Shown piece after piece: positions 1-8,391 of a stretch of DNA of 29,218 nt (position 1 is its first letter; each line of letters starts with the position of its first letter). A program made the translations under genes and the position numbers. The DNA is from an uncultured Bacteriovoracaceae bacterium (GTDB taxonomy: Bacteria; Bdellovibrionota; Bacteriovoracia; Bacteriovoracales; Bacteriovoracaceae), in contig CAXGUD010000044.1 in the NCBI GenBank assembly GCA_964012805.1, forward strand, positions 1-29,218, in the 5' to 3' direction. The notes under the pieces were generated by a model. The model saw only the letters and a program-made list of their open reading frames with translations. It was not told the DNA's origin and did no database searches.

Positions 1-196
1 AAGGAAGAGGTTTATTACTAAACCTTAAAAAAACTTATCAAGGAGTTCTCAAAACCTTACCAACAGAATGGAAACAACAAAAGACAAGATGAAATGCCAT
101 TGTTGAATAACCTTGACCTTCCTGATAGGTAATCAAAAATTTTTATACTTTCAATTAAACTTACAGACAAATTAATAACAAACTCCTAACATTTTC

Positions 197-226
197 TTGC
201 TAAACCTAACTTAAATGAAATACAAT
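197..226 (+). promoter_or_regulatory. Putative sigma70 promoter of the 290-2170 operon
   Basis: TTGCTA(197-202)-N18-TACAAT(221-226), 63 nt upstream of ATG 290; AGGA precedes the start codon. Confidence 0.5.
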
Positions 227-289
227 CAAACAATTCCCTAACAAAACAAAAACATTCTTAATTTAGGGATCAGTTTTTAGGAACAATCT

Positions 290-646
290 ATGAAGTTAAA
301 AGTGATGGTTTTTACCATTTTTATGATCTGTATGAGTCCTCCCTCTTACAGTGAAGACAATTTTTCTTTCATCGGTCTATCATCTAAAGGTATGCCCGTT
401 GAAGTTCTTTTTAAAAAAAATAAATGGAGAGAAAAAATAAATAAATCAATTGGAGTTATATCCCAATCTACCTTAAGATCTTTGGAAAAATTCGAAGACA
501 AGCAACTAAGCTTTAACTTTGACCAAGTTGACGTTGGCTCTTATATAAAAATGTCTTTAGGGTTGGGGGATATCGTTAAAGGGACCATTGAGCCTTATTT
601 CAAATTATTTTTTAAAAAGAATAAAACCCATAAAGCCATAAATTGA
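290..646 (+). CDS. Secreted hypothetical protein with one helix + beta-hairpin (Trypco/Pepco-like) module
   Basis: 118 aa; N-terminal signal peptide (MKLKVMVFTIFMICMSPPSYS); C-terminal FNFDQVDVGSYIKMSLGLGDIVKGTIEPYFKLFFKK matches the repeats in the next two genes. Confidence 0.8.
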   Translation: MKLKVMVFTIFMICMSPPSYSEDNFSFIGLSSKGMPVEVLFKKNKWREKINKSIGVISQSTLRSLEKFEDKQLSFNFDQVDVGSYIKMSLGLGDIVKGTIEPYFKLFFKKNKTHKAIN

Positions 647-652
647 AGCATA

Positions 653-1897
653 ATGAAAAACCTCATAATTGGAATTATCATTTTTTTTATATCTCCCCCT
701 CCTTCTCTTTCTAGAGTTGGTTATCTTTCTAATTATTGGTTTGGAGAGGTTCTTGAAAAAAAAGTCAAAGAAGACAACTTTCAATCCATAGATACATTTT
801 TAAATGATTATATAAAATCTCACTCCAATATTGGTATAGACTTTCAAAAAGGGATACAAAACCATTCCTGGTATTTTGCGGGATTCCAAACCTCATTGGC
901 CTTAGGCCTAAAGGGGAAAATAGGCATCCACTCTTGGGGTGGATCCAAAACGATTGAAATTGATTGGGAAAGAAGGAATAAAAACCAATATCCCTCCAAA
1001 ACAAGAGAAAAGCTAGATAAAAACCAAGACTTCACAAAAAATAAAAATATTTTTGTTTTTGACAATCAGATAACAGAAGAAATCATTAACTCAAGAATAA
1101 ACTTTATTATTACAAAAGCAAGAGACTCAGGAAGAGTAAGAAACCTGAATATTCTTGAAAAAGAGTTGAGAAGAGTCATTGAATCATTTCTACACATTGG
1201 TGAATCTCTAACTTCATATTCATTTAAGCGTTGGCAACCTTCTAAACTCAGACTTGACCTAGGTATCAAATCGAATGGTAAATTGGCCTTCGGCCCCATA
1301 ATTAAGACTGGTGGAGGTTTGAGGCTAAGGCTTGAATGGAAAAAAGCAAGCAACAAAAATCGTCGAAAAATAATGAACTTAAACAAGTCAGCGTCCTCAT
1401 TTTTTCAAAAATTGGAAAATATTTTAAACTCTTCTTTGTCCCTTACCAAAAAAGAGTCTTTATACCCACTTAGTTTTATTGAAATAGGCTTAGGAATTGG
1501 ATTAAAGGGTAATTTAAGTATTGCGGAAATTGGTGCATATGGAACTCCTTCTATTTTTTTCAAAAAAATGTCCTCTTTTAAAAAAGCGCTTTTTCAAAAT
1601 ACTTTTGAAGGGCCCATTTCAGGCAAAATTCTAAACAGAAGTGAAGAAAAAAATAATAATAAATCCGTTCAATATTTAAACTTAGATCAAAAAAGATTAA
1701 AAAGAGGCATTAAAAAGGCATTTAAGTTTTCCAATAAATTTATAAGGAAACTAAATAAAAAAATAAAACCTAATAGTAAATGGAGAATAAAAAAAATAAA
1801 AACCCAATTCCAATTTTCCTTAGGTGGATCCCTCGGACCTGTCAAAGTAAGCGGTATTCCCCATATAGCTTTTTACATGTTAAATACTAAAAAATAG
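653..1897 (+). CDS. Secreted basic hypothetical protein with four tandem helix + beta-hairpin modules
   Basis: 414 aa; signal peptide; Gly-rich alternating hairpins at aa 73-107, 194-231, 271-305 and 377-411; starts 6 nt after the upstream stop. Confidence 0.85.
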   Translation: MKNLIIGIIIFFISPPPSLSRVGYLSNYWFGEVLEKKVKEDNFQSIDTFLNDYIKSHSNIGIDFQKGIQNHSWYFAGFQTSLALGLKGKIGIHSWGGSKTIEIDWERRNKNQYPSKTREKLDKNQDFTKNKNIFVFDNQITEEIINSRINFIITKARDSGRVRNLNILEKELRRVIESFLHIGESLTSYSFKRWQPSKLRLDLGIKSNGKLAFGPIIKTGGGLRLRLEWKKASNKNRRKIMNLNKSASSFFQKLENILNSSLSLTKKESLYPLSFIEIGLGIGLKGNLSIAEIGAYGTPSIFFKKMSSFKKALFQNTFEGPISGKILNRSEEKNNNKSVQYLNLDQKRLKRGIKKAFKFSNKFIRKLNKKIKPNSKWRIKKIKTQFQFSLGGSLGPVKVSGIPHIAFYMLNTKK

Positions 1898-1906
1898 GGG
1901 TCATAG

Positions 1907-2170
1907 ATGAAAAAAGCATTAGTTTTTCTACTTTTAATCTCAAGCTCATATGCTTTTCCAGAGATTAACACTTTTGAAAACTGGCTTGAGGAAGAAATCT
2001 CTAATTTTAACACCGAACATAATACGTTGCAAAAAGAAAATTCAGGTCCATTAAGATTAGATAAAATTAGGTTAAGGGTCCGCCCCCTTTTTGGAATAGA
2101 AATACCAAAATTAGCGTCATTGGAAATAAAACCATTTATAGAATTTCACTGGAAAGCATCATCTGACTAG
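1907..2170 (+). CDS. Small secreted hypothetical protein with one helix + beta-hairpin module
   Basis: 87 aa; classic signal peptide MKKALVFLLLISSSYA; AGGGG RBS; LRLDKIRLRVRPLFGIEIPKLASLEIKPFIEFHWK. Confidence 0.8.
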   Translation: MKKALVFLLLISSSYAFPEINTFENWLEEEISNFNTEHNTLQKENSGPLRLDKIRLRVRPLFGIEIPKLASLEIKPFIEFHWKASSD

Positions 2171-2187
2171 ATGCTAAGGTAGTCCAT

Positions 2188-2213
2188 AAAAAAGGCCTCT
2201 TTATAAGAGGCCT
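2188..2213 (-). terminator. Rho-independent terminator for the 2248-4287 gene, possibly bidirectional
   Basis: Perfect 9-bp stem AGGCCTCTT-tat-AAGAGGCCT (2193-2213) with an A-run at 2188-2193, which is a U-tract on the minus strand; lies between convergent genes. Confidence 0.8.
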
Positions 2214-2247
2214 AGATTATTCATTTATGAAAAGACCTTATTGATAA

Positions 2248-4287
2248 TTAATTTTTGTTGCAACGGTGCTTATCGATAAAATTCTGCACCCTTTGCATTT
2301 TTTCCTCATCTTTTTTCAACCTTAACATTAACCTTCCCACACTGGTCGTTTTTAAAACCCTATTATTTAGCTTAATTTTTTTATAGTCATAGTCTCCACC
2401 TTTGATCATACGGTTTGCCTTATTAGCAGATTCTGCTTGCTCATAAAGGTACCGTTGATTACCTTTTCCTGCGTAGACAAAGCCCATAAACCACTTATGT
2501 CTTTTTTTAGGCTTATAAAAGGAATCCTTGTTTGATTCAATAAAGTCAAAACCAATATTAATAACCGAATGCGCGATACCCCATTGTAGTTGAAGCTTTC
2601 TTGCCTCAGCACAGTGTTCAAAACGATCACCTTTTGGTCTTGCCTTATGCTCATAATAATCAGACGTTAATTGATAGCGCCTTTCAAAGTCTTTTATATC
2701 CTTCCGACCAAACTTATTAACATATCTAACAAAGCTCTCACCCACTTGGCCATAAATTGTATCTTCTATCTTTTTAAAACTTGTTAAAATATTATTTTTA
2801 ATCCTAGTTCCATCATCGTTATTTTTAAAGACAGCGCCCGTTGTAACATTTTTTAAAAAGCGAATTCTTCCTTCAAATTTATTTTCAACAATTTCTAGAC
2901 GACGAATCCACTTTTCTGCTTGTAGTTTTGGGTTTCTAACCAAGCTAGAAATGGATTGTTTTGGGTAAGTTTTTAGAAACTCATGTCTTTTTAAGGCACC
3001 ATAAATCCACTCAATATTTGCAAAATAACTATCTTTTAAAACATCAAACCAAGCCGTTTTTACTGATTTATCGATATACCCTAAGTGGTCATGAGGCACC
3101 TTAATTGTTTTTGATCTTGTATCACTCATAAACATGGGAATAATTTTTTCTTCCTCGGTTTCTCCATTAAAAATATTTTTAAATTTTGCCATACTTTTTG
3201 GCATCTCATACTTATGAGCAAATTTTCCAAGAACGGAAGGCTTCATTTTAGGAACTTGTTCTAAAATAATTTTATAAATTTCAAAAAGTTCCTGAATAAC
3301 TTCACCTTTTACCTGGGCCGCCGTCATATCTTTGCTCCAACTTTTTGGATCTGCGCCTTTTGCCTGAATTAAATATTTTGCCCTATCCATTGCCTCTACG
3401 ACCTGAAATTCTGATAATCCCAACCTCTTCATTTTAAGAGGTCTTGTCACAAGTAATTTTTTCTTACTTTCAAAACTTTTAATCAGGACGCGAATTTCTT
3501 TTTGAAGTTTCCTAATTTTTGGTAGTTCCCGTGTTTTTTTAAATATCTCTGTTTTGTGCATATCAGTTTTAACTGAAACAATACCGGCTGCATCCATTTG
3601 ATCCTTTATATCAAAAAACGAGCAGTTGTAACTCATAAAGGTATTTCTATCTTCTTCTTTTTTCCAGTTATATTTTGATTTTAACATTATATCGATGACT
3701 TTAAGTATATTTCCAACGGCCATACCACCAGCTGCTCCAATAAAGCCATATTCATTTGGAACAAGAAGACCAAGACCTGAAACACTTTGAATAATATCGC
3801 TCATGATACTTAATACCCCCTGATCTCGGAGGCTATACTCGCATTCAGCCTTTTGAGCGATAAGGCCAAATGTACTTAAACTTTTTGAAACCATTTCAAC
3901 TCTAGCTTGATTTTGTATATAAATAGCATCTTCTTTTGTATGACCTTCAAATCGCTTTCCAGCATCTACTTCGGCTTGATAAGTCTGGTTAATATCGTTA
4001 ATTGAGCTATTTAGTGTCGAAAATAAAGCGCCGTTTTTTGAGGTGCATTCCTTATCAAGAGAGGCCTTAAGGGCCGTCAAAGCATCAGCAATATTTGCAT
4101 TGGCCTTTGATTCTAGAGGACAACTTTTTGGTCTTAAGGTAGTCTTTTTGATTTGAAAATGATATTGGAGTTTCTCCAACATAAACTTAGCTTCACTTAT
4201 TTTGGCCGACAAATTTCTATTTGTTATGCCATAAGAAGAAAATGATGTTACTAACATCATTCCTATTATTAGAGTTTGAAATCTCAT
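2248..4287 (-). CDS. Large secreted, mainly alpha-helical hypothetical protein with an internal Gly-rich hydrophobic hairpin
   Basis: 679 aa; GGAGGA RBS; signal peptide; 6 Cys; segment GVLSIMSDIIQSVSGLGLLVPNEYGFIGAAGGMAVGNILKVIDIML. Confidence 0.85.
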   Translation of the reverse strand: MRFQTLIIGMMLVTSFSSYGITNRNLSAKISEAKFMLEKLQYHFQIKKTTLRPKSCPLESKANANIADALTALKASLDKECTSKNGALFSTLNSSINDINQTYQAEVDAGKRFEGHTKEDAIYIQNQARVEMVSKSLSTFGLIAQKAECEYSLRDQGVLSIMSDIIQSVSGLGLLVPNEYGFIGAAGGMAVGNILKVIDIMLKSKYNWKKEEDRNTFMSYNCSFFDIKDQMDAAGIVSVKTDMHKTEIFKKTRELPKIRKLQKEIRVLIKSFESKKKLLVTRPLKMKRLGLSEFQVVEAMDRAKYLIQAKGADPKSWSKDMTAAQVKGEVIQELFEIYKIILEQVPKMKPSVLGKFAHKYEMPKSMAKFKNIFNGETEEEKIIPMFMSDTRSKTIKVPHDHLGYIDKSVKTAWFDVLKDSYFANIEWIYGALKRHEFLKTYPKQSISSLVRNPKLQAEKWIRRLEIVENKFEGRIRFLKNVTTGAVFKNNDDGTRIKNNILTSFKKIEDTIYGQVGESFVRYVNKFGRKDIKDFERRYQLTSDYYEHKARPKGDRFEHCAEARKLQLQWGIAHSVINIGFDFIESNKDSFYKPKKRHKWFMGFVYAGKGNQRYLYEQAESANKANRMIKGGDYDYKKIKLNNRVLKTTSVGRLMLRLKKDEEKMQRVQNFIDKHRCNKN

Positions 4288-4366
4288 AACAAAAGTCCTC
4301 CCTTACTATTATTGATAAGTTTAAATTAGTCCTAACTTAGAAAGTTTCAATTAAATTTCATTTAGC

Positions 4367-4393
4367 TTTTCGGAAATATATTTTTTTTACTAA
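4367..4393 (-). promoter_or_regulatory. Putative sigma28 (FliA)-like promoter
   Basis: Minus strand TTAG-N15-TCCGAAAA versus consensus TAAA-N15-GCCGATAA; 80 nt upstream of the 679-aa gene. Confidence 0.4.
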
Positions 4394-4662
4394 AAAATCT
4401 TTGGTATTTTTAGAAATGGGAAAACTTATCTAGTTTACTAACTCTTGTAATTAGAATACGAAACTAGTTTTTTATTTTTTAACCTAATTTAATCCTTTAT
4501 TTCTAATCAGAGTTTAATCAATTGAAGAGAAAATTCTCTTAAACAATTTTTAAATCAGACTTTCAATATTTTAATTCTAAAAAAAAATTTTCTCCACACA
4601 AAAAAACTCTTTCACTCAACTTTATATTATTAAAAATTAACTTAAAAATGACCTAAATTATT

Positions 4663-4687
4663 TAAATAATTTCAATTAATCCGATAT
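4663..4687 (+). promoter_or_regulatory. Possible sigma28-like promoter
   Basis: TAAA(4663-4666)-N13-TCCGATAT(4680-4687); spacing is suboptimal; 40 nt upstream of the 624-aa gene. Confidence 0.35.
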
Positions 4688-4727
4688 TAAAACTGATATT
4701 TTTTTTTACAAGGCATTGATTTAAAGG

Positions 4728-6602
4728 TTGTTTGTGAATAAAGAAGAAGGAAAAAATTCTTTATTAGATCTTGAAATGAAAAGCTTTATTCTCATTTCAT
4801 TTCTAGTTTTTGTAAGTTGGCCGATCTTCTTGATTGTTAGCTATACTGTATGCAAATATCAAAATTTAGACATGCCATCTCCTTTATATTTTTTTATCCC
4901 AATTATATATTTAGCTATTAGCCACTTTGCCTTAAAAAAGAAAATTAAAATTCCCTTTATAAAAGGTGTCGAAAGTAATACAAATTTCATTTTTTACACA
5001 TTACTTCTAATTAATTTTTTATGGTCAGTTCATGTTAGCATGCTTCATGACAAAGAGATTAATGGTTATTTTCTAATATTTTCTTTGGGTTTAATTCAAG
5101 TTTTCCAAAGCACAACGGGATTATTTAATGCGAAAATCACACTCATTAGCGGTATAATAAAAACTATATTTTTTATGTTCTCTTATTTATTTCTTTACAA
5201 AAGTGAGTTATCGACAGATGATCTTTTTGCTACTCATTTCCTCTGGGTTTCGATACTCTTTTTCTCATTTCTAAATGAAACAATAACAAGGCAGATAAAA
5301 AGAATAAAAGAAATTCAATTTGATCTTGAAGTTAATAATATGGAATTAGACGACTATTCTGAACATATCCATCGTTTACTAAAAGAGGTAGAAAACCATA
5401 ACAAGTTTCTAAAAGTAACCGTTGAGGAGAAAACCAAAGAAATAAGAAATCTTTTAGATCACATGAAGCTTGCTATCTTCGCAGTTAATGAAGATTTTAA
5501 AATTTTAAATCCTATTTCGAAACATTCTGAAGAAATTTTTGAACAAGCGATTATAGGAAAGAGTATTTTTGATGTTTTATATCCTGATATCAAAGACGAT
5601 AGTAAAGAGTACGAAGATATCAATTGTTCATTCCCATTGTTTTTCGGTGAAGATGAATTTCAATTTTCCGCTTTCAAGGAAAATCTACCAGAAATTGTTA
5701 AGGTACCAATTGAAACAGAGGATGGAGAAAGTGAAAAATTACTAAAACTATCTTATGCACCAATTTTTGATGATTCACAACTTGTTGAAAGAGTACTATT
5801 TTTAGTTGAAGACATAACTCAATCTGAAGAATTCTTTTTTGAAGCTAATGATGACTTTATTGACTTTAGATACGTTAAAGAAGTTATCGCAAGAGAAAAT
5901 AAAGAAAAAATAGCCTTAATTTTAGAAATTGCAATTAAAGAAGGATTAATTCTTTTTAACAAACTTTATTACAATAAAGAGGAACAAAAAGATCCTCTTT
6001 ACTTTAAAGGGGTTCTTACAGAATGGTTCGATAAAGTTCGAAAGAATGTAAACGACTTAGTGCTTTTAGATAGGGCCCTTAATAGAGAGTTCTGGTATGT
6101 TGATAAACTTGACCCTGAAAGTGACGAGTTCATAGATTTAAAATCAGAATCACCTCAACTTATTTCCCTTAGTATACTCGGTAGTGGTTTAAATTTAGTT
6201 TTTAAGTATTCAAGTAATGCGGAACTTTTCTTTCCAGTTTTTTACGAATTAGACTATCCCTTTATTTATGATATTTCACTTAAGTTTGATAACTTACAAG
6301 AATCCTTAATGTCATTAAGACAAGTTAATAATGAAAATTTAAATGCCTCAGTATTGAAAGTTATAAACCAACTTATTTTACTCTTTTCTTTATCAAAAAT
6401 TATTCAGCATGATCAACTCGCAATGGAAATTGACGACCTTAGATATCATCTTAAAAAGCATATTGAGAAAAATGATAAATCTATAAGTTTATTCGGAAAA
6501 ACCTATAATAAAGTCACAACAAACATTTTAAAACTAACTAAGAGTTTAAAAGAAGATATAGACGAAAAAATAGAGAAGAAAAAAGAAGAAAAAGCTGCTT
6601 AA
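4728..6602 (+). CDS. Membrane sensor protein: ~6 TM + coiled coil + PAS-like domain + degenerate Hpt-like bundles, no kinase domain
   Basis: 624 aa (alternative ATG at 4776); hydrophobic N-terminal region; VEEKTKEIRNLLDHMKLAIFAV...LSYAPIFD...VLFLVEDIT aligns with the PAS-like region of the 10757-13786 protein; ends EKAA. Confidence 0.8.
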   Translation: MFVNKEEGKNSLLDLEMKSFILISFLVFVSWPIFLIVSYTVCKYQNLDMPSPLYFFIPIIYLAISHFALKKKIKIPFIKGVESNTNFIFYTLLLINFLWSVHVSMLHDKEINGYFLIFSLGLIQVFQSTTGLFNAKITLISGIIKTIFFMFSYLFLYKSELSTDDLFATHFLWVSILFFSFLNETITRQIKRIKEIQFDLEVNNMELDDYSEHIHRLLKEVENHNKFLKVTVEEKTKEIRNLLDHMKLAIFAVNEDFKILNPISKHSEEIFEQAIIGKSIFDVLYPDIKDDSKEYEDINCSFPLFFGEDEFQFSAFKENLPEIVKVPIETEDGESEKLLKLSYAPIFDDSQLVERVLFLVEDITQSEEFFFEANDDFIDFRYVKEVIARENKEKIALILEIAIKEGLILFNKLYYNKEEQKDPLYFKGVLTEWFDKVRKNVNDLVLLDRALNREFWYVDKLDPESDEFIDLKSESPQLISLSILGSGLNLVFKYSSNAELFFPVFYELDYPFIYDISLKFDNLQESLMSLRQVNNENLNASVLKVINQLILLFSLSKIIQHDQLAMEIDDLRYHLKKHIEKNDKSISLFGKTYNKVTTNILKLTKSLKEDIDEKIEKKKEEKAA

Positions 6603-6614
6603 AATTAAATAAAT

Positions 6615-8249
6615 TCATTTTAAAAAACTCAAAATTTCCCCTTTCTTTTTTCTTAAAAATTTATCGAAATCATCAATAAATTTAACATACTCTAATGACA
6701 ACTTGTTACCTTTTTTCGATAATGCCAACCGATCTTTATAATATTTTGATTTCCTTCTTCTTTCTAGTTTTAAGATCGCTTGATTGTAACGGTTTAGGTA
6801 AACCCTGTAATGTTCGTTTAAACCTTCAAAGCTTCTCTTTCCCCTAGGGTGATTAAAAGATGCTCCTCTTCTATCACCTGCTTTAGTATAGAGCGTAATT
6901 CTATTTTTTAATGAATAGTCTCTCAATGTATGATCCGTAAACCATTCCTTAAAGTCTTCCATACTTTGAAAAGGGTTTTTTACTTTACTTTTAAACCATT
7001 GAAATTTTTTTCCTAAACTTGTCCTTCTACTATTTCCGGATAATGAGAGAACTTGAAGTACATAATCATTATTTTTATGAATTAAATTAATTTTGTTTTT
7101 AACATTTTTAGAATGGGGGTCTCCAATTGTTCCGTAAAGAGGTATTTCTTCAACAATCGTTCCAGGTTGTTGAGTTATAAAGCCTCCTTCTCCAGCATTA
7201 ATAGACTCCTGAAAAACTCTTCTCTTATCCTTATCGGCCCAATAAATATCTACATCAATGGGTATCCTATTTAAACCATCATATATTTCCACAAAATAAT
7301 TGGCAGGAATCGCTAATTGTGTAAACTGTTTAAAGAAAGGAAGATCTGTCAAAACAGGAGGAAAGATTCCAGTTACCCGTGCTAAAGAATTTATAGATAA
7401 ATGAGTACAGTTTTTATAAAACATATCCCAATCATAAACAGCATCTTTTTTAACGCCATACTTAAGGAATTTTCCTCTATATTTTGTCCCAACGGCCACT
7501 AGTTTTCTGTCTTCATTGGCCTCCTTAACCATTTTTCTCATTAACCTCTCATTCAAAGGAATATTAACACAATATAGGTTTCTTCCATATGAAATAGCAA
7601 TCCCAGTACCAAAAGCAATTTTTGCTATTTCAACATGCCTTTCTCTTTCACTCATGCTTTTTAATTTTTCTTCAAACTCTTTTTCACTTAGTTTTTTGGC
7701 CCATTGATAAGCAGACTTTTTAAATAAAATGCCAGCTGTTGCCCCTTTATCAACAGCGTAATTTGAAATTTTCAAAACTTCCTTTTCATCCAATACCTCT
7801 TTTCCATTTAAAAGTCCTACTCCTAAAAACAAATCTAAACCAGGAATATTCATATAAATTGTATTTTTTAGATAAGAATCAACTGTTACTCCAGTTCCAA
7901 GGTTAGGATCTCTCAATTTACCAGGATTGGACTTATACTCTGGAAGATCCTTACACATAACTAAAGGACTCAAAGAATTGAGCCCCTTACTTTTATCTAA
8001 GCAAACTTGACTTAAAAACATAAGTGCATGGCCACCAATACCTCCGCCTTCTCCCTTTTTTGGAATTCTCTGAGTGCTTGCACAATACTTATAATAGTAA
8101 GGATACATTGTTGAAATTAATTTAGGAGGTGCAAAAGTACCTGGTGAGGTTGTATTAGCAAAACCAGCAGGAAATTGAGCTAAGGCCTGTTTAAAAAAGA
8201 TAAAAGAAGTTAAAATAATTATGACTAATCTTAAATTAAATTTATTCAT
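6615..8249 (-). CDS. Secreted hypothetical protein, possible permuted papain-like (NlpC/P60; DUF4105/Lnb_N-like) enzyme
   Basis: ORF is open to 8285, but ATG 8249 gives a normal signal peptide ending ALA; motifs GGHALMFL and YDWDMFYKNCTH (His before Cys). Confidence 0.7.
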   Translation of the reverse strand: MNKFNLRLVIIILTSFIFFKQALAQFPAGFANTTSPGTFAPPKLISTMYPYYYKYCASTQRIPKKGEGGGIGGHALMFLSQVCLDKSKGLNSLSPLVMCKDLPEYKSNPGKLRDPNLGTGVTVDSYLKNTIYMNIPGLDLFLGVGLLNGKEVLDEKEVLKISNYAVDKGATAGILFKKSAYQWAKKLSEKEFEEKLKSMSERERHVEIAKIAFGTGIAISYGRNLYCVNIPLNERLMRKMVKEANEDRKLVAVGTKYRGKFLKYGVKKDAVYDWDMFYKNCTHLSINSLARVTGIFPPVLTDLPFFKQFTQLAIPANYFVEIYDGLNRIPIDVDIYWADKDKRRVFQESINAGEGGFITQQPGTIVEEIPLYGTIGDPHSKNVKNKINLIHKNNDYVLQVLSLSGNSRRTSLGKKFQWFKSKVKNPFQSMEDFKEWFTDHTLRDYSLKNRITLYTKAGDRRGASFNHPRGKRSFEGLNEHYRVYLNRYNQAILKLERRRKSKYYKDRLALSKKGNKLSLEYVKFIDDFDKFLRKKKGEILSFLK

Positions 8250-8391
8250 TTTATTTTCCACATACAAGGTTTCAATTAAAACCATTATTAAAAATTATTT
8301 ACTACATTATTTTTTAATTTATATATGGTATATTCTAAAAACTATATTCTAATTTATTTTTTCTCTATTTTAAAAAAAAGGAATAAGTTTT

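Noticed and set aside
1..132. Possible 3' end of a gene entering the window (frame 3 open 3-92; frame 1 open 22-132 across an A7 run)
   Set aside because: Too short, no recognisable motif, and the frame cannot be determined
765..1386. Minus-strand ORFs 765-1004, 844-1065 and 1066-1386
   Set aside because: Antisense shadows of the 414-aa gene with no RBS or motifs
2406..2654. 82-aa minus-strand ORF
   Set aside because: Alternative frame nested inside the 679-aa gene
4288..4727. 440-nt very AT-rich intergenic region as a possible ncRNA, origin or CRISPR leader
   Set aside because: No stable GC-rich stems, DnaA-box cluster or repeat-spacer array seen; explained as a divergent promoter region
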